Below are positions 15,201-26,550 of a stretch of 64,000 nt of DNA, one piece after another. This stretch comes from Nemertoderma westbladi (taxonomy: Eukaryota > Animalia > Xenacoelomorpha). The first letter of the stretch is position 1, and each line of letters starts with the position of its first letter. Below the pieces are notes generated by a model. It was not told the DNA's origin. It worked only from the letters and a program-made list of their open reading frames with translations, and did no database searches. Both the position numbers and the translations under genes were made by a program. Location of the stretch: NCBI GenBank assembly GCA_032718475.1, contig JAUCBJ010003708.1:1-64000 (forward strand), read 5' to 3'.

Positions 15201-15398
15201 TTTGTGGTTTTCTGTTCTACTTGTTTGTGGTTCTCTGTTCTACTTTTTTGTGGTTTTCTATTCTACTTGTTTGTAGTTTTCAACTTTAGAATTCTGTTCT
15301 ACTTGTTTGTGGTCTTCTGTTCTACTTTTTTATGGTTTTCTGTTCTACTTGTTTGTGGTTTTCTATTCTACTTGTTTGTGGTTTTCAACTTTAGAATT
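281..15398. repeat. 23-bp minisatellite array, consensus TTCTACTTGTTTGTGGTTTTCTG, roughly 640-650 units, with ~22 interspersed 36-bp variant units carrying AACTTTAGAATTC
   Basis: The unit is directly visible throughout. Three units give the recurring 23-aa string CSTCLWFSVLLVCGFLFYLFVVF in all three + frames. Strong strand asymmetry (T/G-rich on +). Higher-order duplications are present, e.g. a 729-bp offset between identical ORFs 2479-2865 and 3208-3594. Confidence 0.99.
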
Positions 15399-15972
15399 AT
15401 CCGATATGTTTACAGTTCTCCTGTATTGAGTCTCGTTGTCTGTTTAAAGTCTACCTGCTGCGATTGGTAAAAATATATATTTTTGTAGAATTCAGTAGTA
15501 AAACGTTCGCAATGCGGGTCTAATGATTTAAATTGCTAGATTATAAAACATAAGTCAAAACTGTACTGCACGTAGTTATTTATTATATTTGGTTATATAA
15601 TAATTACCAACGTTGCAGAAATTGAATTTTCTAGAATTTGTAATTATATAAATAAATAATTATATATTGCGTGAGATTGTTGTAATTAGAAGGATCATGG
15701 GGTGAGTGAATATTGCAATAATAAATTATTAATTGTGGTTATTCGTTTGCTGAAGCGAGAAATTAAATGAAACTGGCTGGTACTGGTATAGACTGCGTAA
15801 TTTAATACTATATATATTATAGGGGCATTACTATTCTATGGGTTGGGTACCCACTTTTTGATCATTTTTTCATGGCTTTCTTCATGATGTTTTCTTGTTG
15901 CAGAACATATAATTGACCTTCTGACAAGATTTTAGCTTGTAATTTTATGTTAGCTACAGTAGTACTTTTTAA

Positions 15973-16330
15973 CCCGCCGAAGACCGTTTGATTCAGGTTA
16001 CACCCAGGACCGTTTGGGTCTTTTCAATGTTGATTAAGCATCGCCCTAACTTGGAAAATTGATGTGTTTACAGAATTCGACTTTGCAAAACTGTTATTTA
16101 TGAGTAAAACTATAATGGGCCATTTTGACCCAAACGGCCTTTGCCTAAATAATAAAAGTCAAATTAAAAAAAAAGTGTTAAAGTAAAAGTTGTGACCCGG
16201 TTACATTTGGATAGAGTATAAAAAAGTAGGAGAATTCATGAAATATTGTAAACCCAATCATTATATTGAATTTGTACAGTACATGTAAACTTTATTTTGG
16301 GTCAATTTGACCCAAACGGTCCTCGGCGGC
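15973..16330. mobile_element. Non-autonomous piggyBac-type MITE (~358 bp)
   Basis: TTAA at 15969-15972 and 16331-16334 flanks imperfect TIRs CCCGCCGAAGACCGTTTG / CAAACGGTCCTCGGCGGC. Internal GACCGTTTGGGTC / GACCCAAACGG sub-repeats. Confidence 0.8.
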
Positions 16331-16901
16331 TTAAGAGCTAACGAAAAAAATAATAATTGATAAATGGGAATAATATTTTGACCAACTTTTTTCTTGTGAA
16401 AATGGCTTTTATTAATATTATTATTATTACTCTTTAATCCAGACATTAGTGAAGTTGTCCATAAAAACATTTACGTACTTTAAACAAAACAAACAGATCA
16501 CAATAACAATAAAGCAGGACTAACTAACTACCCTACGTACAGTACAACCAATAAACTGTAAAGTCTCGCGTATGCGACTTTAATAAAGTTTCATATTTAC
16601 TTTCTAATATTGTCGTATTTTCCTACGATGATGGATAAACGCTATTCCTCTAGTGTTTGCTAATAATATTAGGCACAAGCTGTTTACAGTTTCAGGCACA
16701 GTTTTAGAATTTAAAATATCAATTAATATAAAATTAAGTTTCACAATCAGCAGCAGCAGTAGTATATGTACGCAAATGTTGTCGAAAATGTGAAGGTACT
16801 ATAGTGCAGTATGCGTACACCCCTCTCCACTACACCTAGTTCTTTATACTAACCAGTTTTTCATAATTTCATTGAATACTGTTGTATAATTATTTGTCAA
16901 A

Positions 16902-17882
16902 ATGATATCTGTGGCAAAATTCCTCGAAGATGTGGTTAAATACCCATATATCCACACTGGAATTGTGTCGGATTGCATAGATAAGAATGAAAAAAAAAGA
17001 TGGCGGACTATTCGCCATCCAAAAGTGGTGAAGGAAAATGGGTACTGCAAAACAACAACGTTTAATGATATTGCAATTAAACTCACTGTAAAAGACAGCA
17101 CATGTCCTGATATGGATACTACATCTTTATACTACCGTGTAAAGGTTACAATAGTTGAAGAGTTTGTCGATGACAGTTCATCAATATTAATCAAGATTCT
17201 GAAACCACATAGATTTACAGATGAGTCATTACCATTTGAACACGAGATTCAAATTTTTGCTATAGGATTCAAACAGTTAAAACATAAGGTGAAAGTTTTC
17301 GCCTTTGATGAAGATACAACTAAAAAGCGAGAAATAGAAATTGTGTTTTATTTTAAAGATGTAGCTGAAGCTAAGTTGAATATGGTTGATGAATTAATGG
17401 GCCTGAAAGATACAGTTGAATGGAAATTCTACAAATTCTCTTCATTCGCACAGATTGCTAACTCTTTTACATCAATAGTGGAGCGAAGATGGGGCGAAAT
17501 GTACAGAGGACCCAAACAAGGTCCGGTACCCAACCTTCTCAAGGCTGCGGTCGTCTGGGTAGAAACCTTCGGCTTTGATAGCGATGACTTGTATGGAAAC
17601 ATCGAGACTTACGGCATTGAGTGCTCGAAAAAATTAGAAAAAAAATTTCTGAACAACATTGAAGAAAATAACCTCCTCCCCCTTGGAGAACAAGCATACG
17701 ATAAATGTAACCGATACATGGTCAGTAACATTGTTAGTGCATGTTATAAAACTCTTGTTACGATTATCGAATCCCAACCCAAATGTACCATTATGAAGAT
17801 AGAAAGCTCTCATCCTCTCTACAAACTGTTTCAATTATTTGATAATCATATTACAAAAGCATTTAGATATCGTGGTAAGTAA
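16902..17882 (+). CDS. Uncharacterised protein; 326-codon ORF, or a large exon ending at 17874
   Basis: ATG-initiated 981-bp ORF of globular composition in AT-rich DNA. It ends in CGT G|GTAAGT, a consensus phase-1 donor at 17875. No family recognised. Confidence 0.6.
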   Translation: MISVAKFLEDVVKYPYIHTGIVSDCIDKNEKKRWRTIRHPKVVKENGYCKTTTFNDIAIKLTVKDSTCPDMDTTSLYYRVKVTIVEEFVDDSSSILIKILKPHRFTDESLPFEHEIQIFAIGFKQLKHKVKVFAFDEDTTKKREIEIVFYFKDVAEAKLNMVDELMGLKDTVEWKFYKFSSFAQIANSFTSIVERRWGEMYRGPKQGPVPNLLKAAVVWVETFGFDSDDLYGNIETYGIECSKKLEKKFLNNIEENNLLPLGEQAYDKCNRYMVSNIVSACYKTLVTIIESQPKCTIMKIESSHPLYKLFQLFDNHITKAFRYRGK

Positions 17883-19084
17883 GTATGTACACGTTCGTGG
17901 GTCCTTCGCGCAGCACGAGGCTCGGTTATAAGATACAAATTAAAATTAAGCAATTCTATATATTTAAGATTTATTATACTATTTATACTCGGTATTTAAG
18001 AAATTTAACTTCACCGCCAATAAATCAAAGAAGAGAGGAAAGCCTTTAACCCCACTCTTGACCTGCAACACCCCAACCCAAACCCGAACAGAAGGCAGGT
18101 ATTAACATAAAATTTGTGTTTTAATAATATATAATAAATATATTTTAGGAGTAGAGGCGACCCAATTTTTAAAAAATATTAAAACTTACATTATGCCGAT
18201 AGTATTGATAGTGAAATATTAATTTACCAGTTTACGACGCTAACACCTCAACGAAATTATTATCCTGCCATATTCTACGAAACTACCGGTACTAATTCTA
18301 CATAAAGAAAGAGTCACGATTAAATAGTTCAGCTAATTATTTTGATAAACAATAAGCAAAGCTCTCTTAGTCAGGTTCATTACATTGCTGCCTTTGAGTC
18401 GTGGCGGGGTTTGCTGCATACCGTTCGTATTAAAACTAAACCTTCATTTCTGAAATAATAAATTCGATAGAATTCAGGACAGTACCAGTACCAATTGATG
18501 CAAAAACAGACGGGAACAATTGAATAATTAAATAAATATTTGAATTTATTAACGAGCTAATATACTATAACAAAAAAACAATACAATGCCTACATTGATC
18601 TAATCTTAATTAGGGTTTGGGCAACCACTAACGTCAATAAAAAATAACAAATTAGCAATCAGCTGTTTGGCATTGATTTCCCCTAGAGAGGGATGAATTT
18701 TTATTGCATCGAATCCACCTGTCCCTATCCATATTATATCAGTCAATAAGGTAACAAAGTCTTTATTACCACGTGGACGACACTGCGACAGGCAAACACC
18801 ACTGGCTGGCTAGTACACTAACAAACACTACTATAACTTAACTATAGAATGATCCATCCGAATTCACTTGACTTTCACTCACTTGACTTCACCTTTCACT
18901 CGCTTCGAATAGATTCTGTAGAGGTATCCGCCTACTGTTGTTACGGGTACGGGTCGACGCCGTTCGACAGAAAACGCTGCAGAGATTTGGGAGTTTGGGG
19001 CGAACATAAACATGAGCGTGAGTTAACGTGTGACAGTGCAGCTGTTGCACCCGAGCCGGAAGCTCGGAGCAGTGTCAAGGGCAA

Positions 19085-20299
19085 TGTAAAAGCTTTTGTG
19101 GGATAACTGATTCGTTTGCCTTGCTAACCAGTTCCCCCCAGGCGCTGGAATACTCTAAAAAGGGATCTATAGCTCGAATAGTGCAAGCTACCGGCTGATT
19201 GGCTGATTTGCTGTACGAAGGGATCTGGGCTATGTTCAATCGTCCAACCAGCTTAGGAAGGTTGCCCCATAGCCCTGCTTTCTGTATCTGCCAATAGGAT
19301 TTGAGTTGGTTTTGATTTTGACCTATCACAGATCTACTGAACTGAATTTCCTATCTGTATGCTCATTCTCTGTGGTGGGTGGAATCTTTTGTAAATAAGG
19401 GTAGCTGGCATTCTTATAGTTATTCTTATCAGTGTTCAGTGTTGTTGGTTATTCTAAGCCAGGAAGAACGGCTCTGGAATCAATTGTTTTCAGACTTTAT
19501 AAGAAACATTAGTAGGCTTAGATTATAGAACGTATAACTGTTATCGGTCCAACTCGATCTTATCACAACATATCGTGTTGGTTTTATTCTAATCTTAACC
19601 TACCGTCTTACTGCTTTTATGGTTTGTAATTATCAGTGTTCAGTTTAGTTGGATGTTATTAGTTGAAGAATATCGTCAAATAACCCAAATTTCCCAATTT
19701 TCTTGATACAGTACAGGTTAGAGAGACAGTTTACATATAACGATTGCGACTTATATTATAGTGGTTTGTAGTGAATATAATGCTATTTGGTAGCCACTAC
19801 TTGAGTCAATTGCTATTCTCTTTATACGTGATCAAAGTCAGTGACTGTCGGCAAACCAGTGAGCAGTATTGTGCGGTACCGGTAGTGTGTATGATTGTGA
19901 GTGAGACTGATAACTAAGCATCTCCTAAAGAATGCGTCTCATACGTGAATTCTAAGCCATATCGTTGTGTTTGGTGTAAGTCATAACTTTGTTTACATAG
20001 ATAGAGCGCCACGTCCTAAAGGAACTGCTAATATTTCCCGAAAGTGAATAATATTTACCAGAGATTATATATTAGTGATCAATCGAATAATACAAGTAGG
20101 CTTCACTGCAATAAATCTAAGCATACGAATCCAGTCTCCCGGGTGTAACCATCGGGTGAATGAACGCGCACAGGCTGGCTTCGGCTAATGTTGTGTTTAT
20201 TTTGTATTAAATCTTGTCATCTTATAAAGTCAATTTACCAACTAAAGACATATAAATTTTGGCAGGTTAAACTGCTAAAGGTCTCCAAAAGCGCGTACA
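19085..20299 (+). repeat. 5' LTR of BEL/Pao element
   Basis: TGTAAAAGCTTTTGTGGG...AAAAGCGCGTACA; direct repeat of 29599-30813, with three substitutions found by eye. Confidence 0.97.
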
Positions 20300-20362
20300 A
20301 TAACAGTTATTGATCTTATTGCAGTAAGCAATAAGGTTGCTAAGTACCGGTCTACCGGTAAA

Positions 20363-20495
20363 CCAGAACCGGTACTTCTGTAGGTCAGTAGGCCCAACTG
20401 CCAGAACCGGTACTGCTGTAGGTCCGTAGGTCCAACTGTCAGAACCGGTACTTCTGTAGGTCAGTAGGCCCAACTGTCATAACCAGTACTGTTGT
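20363..20495 (+). repeat. 38-bp tandem repeat (~3.5 copies) in the BEL 5' leader
   Basis: CCAGAACCGGTACTTCTGTAGGTCAGTAGGCCCAACTG starts at 20363, 20401 and 20439, with a partial copy at 20477. Confidence 0.85.
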
Positions 20496-20664
20496 ATAAG
20501 TACATTAGTATTATTCGATTTTGATTATTGTATAGCGGTAGGTCTTAGTACTTAATCGGGGACTGCAGCCCTGATTTTTTATTGAGATTCTACTTATTTC
20601 TGTCGGTTTTATTTCCTAGTAAGTTAATATTGAGCTGAAGACCTGTAAGTCTGCTCAGATTGTT

Positions 20665-21238
20665 CAGATCATTGTAGGCTGGACTGTTGTCTGACTGTTG
20701 TTAGGCTTGAAGATTACAGCGTGTGTAGAGTAGGTCTGATAGAGTGCCAGTTAGTAAGTTGGGGCAACTCGTAGTTGTAAGGTCAAACCCCCTGCTAAAG
20801 AATAAGTCGTACTACCGTATTAGCACGCATACTAACTAACAATTTCGGAATCTGCATATACTGTAGTTTATTTAGGCTTGATAGTAGTCCGTCAGCGTTT
20901 ATCCTGTATTGTTTGTATAGTCTGTTCAGGTACCGTAATATTATTCAGATATTTTGTAGGCTGGATTGTGGTCTGGCTGTTGTTGGGTCTGAGGGAATTG
21001 CTGCGTGTGTAGAGTAAGTCTGATAAAGTGCCAGTTAGTAAGTTGGGGCAACTCGTAGTTGTAAGGTCAACCCCCTCTTAAAGAATAAGTCGTACTACCG
21101 TATTAGCACGCATACTAACTAACAGTTTCGGAATCTGCACATACTGTAGTTTGTTTAGGCTTGATAGTAGTCTGCCAGCATTTAGTTTGTATTTTATTTG
21201 AGTATTCTGTACGGGTAGCGTAATATTTATTATTCAGA
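20665..21238 (+). repeat. ~281-bp tandem duplication in the BEL 5' leader
   Basis: TTGTAGGCTGGA...AGTTAGTAAGTTGGGGCAACTCGTAGTTGTAAGGTCAA...GGAATCTGCA...TTATTCAGA occurs at ~20672 and ~20953. Confidence 0.9.
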
Positions 21239-22401
21239 GTTTATGCGATTACTCGCAACATTCATGTCCCCAAGTTTATTCCTACAGTAATTGTGTTTGT
21301 TATACATACCGTTATAGTTAAATTAACCCCGGTACTACACGGGCTGCTTGGCGTAGGTAAAGACTGGTGACTTTGTGCCCCGGTCACTCCAGCAGATGCT
21401 GTGGTTCTTTTAACTGTTCAAGTATATTTAACTGCTGGTTATCTGTTTTACAAGTACTTGTACCTAATTTAGGGTTTAGTGTACAGTGCTTTCCGAAAGT
21501 AATTAGTGTAGGCATTATATTTGTGTTGTAAAGTGGTTGATAGGCACGTTCGTTAGCTCTATTAACTTCTAGGTAGGAACACTCCGTGATACATAACGTA
21601 GTACCTATAGCGATACGGCTGTAGGTCGTCAAGCGGTGGTATTTTTTCTATCTGGACAACGCAGTATATTTACTCCTGCTTATTATTTTCAAATACCGTA
21701 GTATCCTGTCTGTTGTAATAACCAGAAATTCTAACCTTTTGTTAGACTGGTTTGTAGTTCCCTGTAAAATTACCCTAAAAAATTTGTACGTAATATTTTG
21801 TTGTTGTGTTTAATTAGAGATTTAATCTCACTCGTATCGTAAGTAATTTGTAGATAAGTAACTTAGGAAGTAGAATTATTTGTTTTAGTGTCAAATAAGT
21901 AGCACTTCACTGAGAGCGCATAGCTTTTGTGTAAGTGATTACTTCTCAGAAATAGTAACATCTATTTCAATATTGTAACAAAACCCCTTATCAGGGTATA
22001 TATATATATATATTATAAATCAACTCAAAGGTTTATAAATTAGTAGGCCTGTCATACAACAATTAGGTCTTAATATCAGTTGGACTACTGCTAAAATAAC
22101 GGTAATAGAGTAAACTCAAGTAACTAAGTAACCTTATAATTTCAGAAATTCAATTATCCTAAATAATTGATATACCGGTATCTATAATAGGCTTATTATA
22201 TAGTTGTATATATTTGCACTGAAATTATATACCGGTATTCTGTGACAAACCTAGTCTGCAATACTTATATATACTATAAGTGTATACCGGTATCCTAATA
22301 TATTGTAATTAATTACCGGTACTAGGCCAACAGTCCTACTGAATTACTAGACTTGCTTTAACTGTAACTATAGCAGTAGGTATTCAACTGTACAAACAAA
22401 C

Positions 22402-25400
22402 ATGTCTGACACAACCCAAACACTGTCAGATAGTCTCTTAGAAAGTGCTAGAATGAGTGTTAGACAGGGTCTTAAAAAGATCTGGGACTCAGCTAAGAGT
22501 ATAGAACGTCTGAGACCAAAGTCCAAGTCCCCTCCTACTGTAAGCAAGGTCATCCCTACAGTAGTAGTGTCAGACCCTAGGCTAGTAAAACAACGTAAGT
22601 CTATCCACGGCACTCAGTCCCAAATCGAGCGGGATCAAGAAGCAGCTGTCAAACAGCAGCAACATCCTAGCCAAGAACCTAGTTCTCAGCGGCCCGATAG
22701 CTCCAGTAGTTCGGATACTGTTGAGCGGACGCCCGAACGCGGAGCGAAGATGGTGGATACGGTTTATGATGAGCGGCCAACCTATGAAGAATCAACCGAC
22801 GCCACTTCTTCTCAAGAGGAAAGCGAAGGGACAGCAGAGAAGCCGCGAACTAGAGACGCTATTGACATCTATCTGTCAGACTATCAACGTTTTGTCGGAG
22901 ACGAAGAGTTGAGGAGACGACTGTCTGGACTTCGCCCTAATAGTGAAGGAACCAAGCTTGTGTTGGACGCAATCGATGCGGAAATGTTAGCTGCAAACAA
23001 AGCTAAATTTGATGAACAACTCCGCATCGCTAGAGCCCAGGAAGAACAAGTCCAGAAAAGACGAATAGAAGACAAAAGGGCCGCAGCAATAGCAGCGGCA
23101 ATGGCAACAGCAGAAGCGGACAGAAAAGCAGCAGAAGCAATGGCAATGGCCGAAGCAGACAGAAGGGCGGCAGAAGCAGCAGCCGAAGCAGACAGAAAAG
23201 CGGCAGTAGCAGCGGCAGCGGCCGAAGCAGAAAGAAAAGCGGCGGAGGCATTGGCAGAAGCAGAAAGGAGAGCGTCTGACGAGATCGCCCAGCTAGCGTT
23301 GGAAAATATTCAGGAAAGTCAAGATAGTATAAATAAACGGTTAACGGATAATCGAATGCAGATGATGAGTCGATCTACTTCCAAACGACAAGGCTATACA
23401 TCATCGGAGGAAGGAGAAACCACCGACCCTGAAGGCGGAGGAAATAGATCTCGTCTAAGTAGACGTAAAAGAACGTCTCTCCGTCAGAAATTGCCTGATT
23501 TGCCTCCAGCTGTTAGAAAACAGCTAGCTAGCACCGCCGTAGCGAATACAGAACACACAGACCGGATTGTTACTGTAAGTAGACTCCCTACTATAACAGA
23601 TGAGCCTGAAATAATTAGGCCTGTTCTCGAAGCCACCACTTCGGTGCTAGAGACACCTGTATTCCAGGGAGCAACCTCTAAATTCCCTTTACACAGCACG
23701 AAACTATCAGTGCCTAGTAGAACAGCCCCTGAAATGGTTCCTGTCATGGACTCCGAGCGAATGGATTGGTCGCCCGTAGTCCCTCGCCCGCCCGCCACAA
23801 CGTTGGCGACTCCCGCTTTGGCGGTCGAGTGGGTGGAGGAGGGACGGAGGGGGATGAATGTCCTGCTCGGACAGATGCAGGAGACGGTCCACCAGTTCAA
23901 GGGAACTGTCAGGGAAAGTAGGTTAGAGCTACAAGAAGTGCAGCAAAGTATCGCGCTAGAACGCGATAAATTAGTAAATGTAAAAAGGGGCATACCAACA
24001 CCCCCTGTAACAATGTGTCAACCTGTTAGGCCTGAAGTATTTCATGCGCAAGGTGTGGAGCCTACACGCATCTATACTGCTAGCGAAGTAGAAACTCCTA
24101 TAGCAAACCCTATTAAGGGTGATTATAAACCTGTTTGTAATGATATTCCCTATAGACCTGATAATAATCCGAGAAATTTATACACCGATAATTCGATATT
24201 AAATAACACGATGGCCCAAGAAAGTTTTACGCGTCAGATGGCTAGAACAGAAGCCCGCCAAGCGGTCAAAGTGGAAGAAATCGTCAAATTCAATGGAGAT
24301 GAGATGAAATGGTTACCTTTTAATGAATATTACGAAGATAGCATACAGAACTCTGTACTATCTAGCGGAGAGAAACTGAGATTCCTCATCAAATGTTTGG
24401 AAGGACCTCCCAAGTTAATGGCGTTGAAGTTTATTGGACATCCAAATGGATTAAGACAAGTTTGGGATACATTAAACACCAGGTATGGTAATAAGGATAA
24501 CATCGCTAAGTATTTGTATGCAAAACTAGTAGCCCCCCGAAAGTTCCTTAGTAACGAGATTATAGAGTTTTCCGATGAGATTCAGGAGATCTGTAGACAA
24601 TTGGATTGGTTAGGTAAGTCTCATGAATATCAGAGTTCTATGGTTATTGGAGCCATAGTCTCTACTTTACCAAAGGGTGGAGTATGTACTCGCTGGGACA
24701 AGAAAGTGTTGTATATGATGGAGCAACAACGACGGAGCCCTACCATGGCTGATCTCATGTCATTCCTAGACGGTGAGGTCAAATTACAACTCATAAAGCA
24801 GTCCAGAGAGAAAACATTGGAAAATCAGGTAAGTGAGAAACCCGTTTCTAGGAAAAGAATAATACCCGTGTGTTATACAGACGAGGGCGAAAGCCAGACC
24901 TCCCATGAGGACAGCGGGAAAGACACAGCAAGATCTTACTATGACCACAAAACCCCAAAAGACGTAAGTAAATACAAGTCTCGAACCAATAATAGGAGAG
25001 AACAGGTTGCCAAGACCCCTCCTCAGCCTCCCAACAGAATTCAGGTAAGAAAGCCCGAAGAACGAGCGAAAGTGCATAACATTACCCAAGGTAAAGTGAG
25101 TAACATCAAACCAAAATGTGCGCTGTGCGACGGGCCCCACCGTTTGAGTGCGTGTGCAGAATTCCTAAAGAAATCCCTGGCAGATAGACGTGGAGTCCTG
25201 TGGGATAAGCGGTTGTGTTATAACTGTCTCAGACGCGGACACCAGCGGCAAACCTGTTACTCTGACGCAAGGTGTGCTAAGTGCGGCGCGAAACATCATA
25301 GCTTGTTGCACACGGAATTCGAACGAAAAAGCCCGAGTCAGGTAAGTGAGCCCAAATCACATGTCCAATTCAGTGATGTGAACGACACTGACCAAAGTTC

Positions 25401-26550
25401 TGAGTGGGAAGGATTCTATACGGACGAATTCTCCGATGCCAACGAATCCTGTTATCTAATAAATACCGCAGTGTATCGAGCACTTACGTACGAAAAAGAC
25501 ACCGACACGGAGTTCCCCCCAACCACCTTTGACAGACAACCATCTTGGAAAGCTCCAACCTCCCACGTAGGAATACGAGAATTTCCTGTGGTACAGGTAA
25601 GAGTTCACGGTCATAATAAGAGTTACATAGTGAATGCCCTCCTTGACTCCGGCAGTACAGGAACATTCATCGACAAAGAACTAGCCGAGGACATCTTTGC
25701 TGGACAACCCAAATTCCGAACTAAGTTAAATATGTCTGGAATTATGCAAGTTTGGAAATCTACCATAACGGCAGATTACTATATAGGTGCGTTGTCCACC
25801 CCACAGGATAAATTAGGAGAACAAAGTATAAGGTCAGTAAAAATGGTGGCAATAAAGAACTTCGCTACTACCCAAGTAGAACCTTATAACTGGGACGAGG
25901 ACGAGAGCATCCAACATCTTGAGATACCTCGATTCCAAACCGATTATCCTGGAGTGCAAATCCTCATTGGCCAAAACGCGCATGAGGCGCTCGAGACATT
26001 GGAGAAACGGCCTGCTCAACCGCAGCCATTACAAACTTATGCGGTAAGAACTAGAGTAGGTTGGTACTTTACTGGCCCTTCCCGCAGAACTATTGAAGAA
26101 AGATTGCCACAAGACCGGCTACTTCAAGTAAAGGATTGGGAAGAGGAGAGCAGTGAGGTGGACGAACCCACTGAGGGAACACCATACTCCTCAGATAATG
26201 ACGATATTAACTCCAATGTAGATCAATGGAGACATCGCCCCGAGATGATTAATCTAGCCGACATCGCTTCCAGAGGAGCAACTCCTCAAGAACGGATAGA
26301 TACTCCCGGCTGGTTAGGTGGACCCGACTCCCTAAGTAAAGAAGAAGATGAATGGCCTCCTCATCTTACCACGGAGAGAGTTAGACAGGCCAAGGGAGCA
26401 GAGGAAGTAACACGACAGCCTAATCGCCCAGCTGGTCGCTTAGGTTTACTGGAAAGAGACCGAAAACTGTCCGGAAACCATGGAAGGCAAGATACTGTTC
26501 CTACGACCACTTCCCTAATTCGACAAAGATCTAGGGACTCCATAACGTAA
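22402..26550 (+). CDS. BEL/Pao Gag-protease polyprotein (1382 aa) fused to an RNase H C-terminal remnant
   Basis: Ala/Glu coiled coil; capsid-like region (FNGDEMKWLPF...EKLRFLIKCLEG...WDTLNTRYG); three BEL zinc knuckles (CALCDGPHRLSAC, CYNCLRRGHQRQTC, CAKCGAKHHSLLH); aspartic protease ALLDSGS...ILIG...TRVGWYFTGP; then QWRH..INLADIASRG..WLGGP..EWP. No YVDD motif and no integrase. Confidence 0.93.
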   Translation: MSDTTQTLSDSLLESARMSVRQGLKKIWDSAKSIERLRPKSKSPPTVSKVIPTVVVSDPRLVKQRKSIHGTQSQIERDQEAAVKQQQHPSQEPSSQRPDSSSSSDTVERTPERGAKMVDTVYDERPTYEESTDATSSQEESEGTAEKPRTRDAIDIYLSDYQRFVGDEELRRRLSGLRPNSEGTKLVLDAIDAEMLAANKAKFDEQLRIARAQEEQVQKRRIEDKRAAAIAAAMATAEADRKAAEAMAMAEADRRAAEAAAEADRKAAVAAAAAEAERKAAEALAEAERRASDEIAQLALENIQESQDSINKRLTDNRMQMMSRSTSKRQGYTSSEEGETTDPEGGGNRSRLSRRKRTSLRQKLPDLPPAVRKQLASTAVANTEHTDRIVTVSRLPTITDEPEIIRPVLEATTSVLETPVFQGATSKFPLHSTKLSVPSRTAPEMVPVMDSERMDWSPVVPRPPATTLATPALAVEWVEEGRRGMNVLLGQMQETVHQFKGTVRESRLELQEVQQSIALERDKLVNVKRGIPTPPVTMCQPVRPEVFHAQGVEPTRIYTASEVETPIANPIKGDYKPVCNDIPYRPDNNPRNLYTDNSILNNTMAQESFTRQMARTEARQAVKVEEIVKFNGDEMKWLPFNEYYEDSIQNSVLSSGEKLRFLIKCLEGPPKLMALKFIGHPNGLRQVWDTLNTRYGNKDNIAKYLYAKLVAPRKFLSNEIIEFSDEIQEICRQLDWLGKSHEYQSSMVIGAIVSTLPKGGVCTRWDKKVLYMMEQQRRSPTMADLMSFLDGEVKLQLIKQSREKTLENQVSEKPVSRKRIIPVCYTDEGESQTSHEDSGKDTARSYYDHKTPKDVSKYKSRTNNRREQVAKTPPQPPNRIQVRKPEERAKVHNITQGKVSNIKPKCALCDGPHRLSACAEFLKKSLADRRGVLWDKRLCYNCLRRGHQRQTCYSDARCAKCGAKHHSLLHTEFERKSPSQVSEPKSHVQFSDVNDTDQSSEWEGFYTDEFSDANESCYLINTAVYRALTYEKDTDTEFPPTTFDRQPSWKAPTSHVGIREFPVVQVRVHGHNKSYIVNALLDSGSTGTFIDKELAEDIFAGQPKFRTKLNMSGIMQVWKSTITADYYIGALSTPQDKLGEQSIRSVKMVAIKNFATTQVEPYNWDEDESIQHLEIPRFQTDYPGVQILIGQNAHEALETLEKRPAQPQPLQTYAVRTRVGWYFTGPSRRTIEERLPQDRLLQVKDWEEESSEVDEPTEGTPYSSDNDDINSNVDQWRHRPEMINLADIASRGATPQERIDTPGWLGGPDSLSKEEDEWPPHLTTERVRQAKGAEEVTRQPNRPAGRLGLLERDRKLSGNHGRQDTVPTTTSLIRQRSRDSIT

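Noticed and set aside
281-15398. CRISPR-like or telomeric array
   Set aside because: No unique spacers and no cas genes. The array is bounded by unique sequence on both sides and the unit is not a known telomere repeat.
259-15470. Dozens of long hydrophobic ORFs (up to 1178 aa) resembling membrane proteins
   Set aside because: The 23-bp unit has no stop triplet on the + strand, so all three frames are open and give the same peptide. This is an artefact of the satellite.
19075-19329. Minus-strand ORF repeated at 29517-29843
   Set aside because: It is duplicated only because it lies in the LTRs; no ATG start and no domain.
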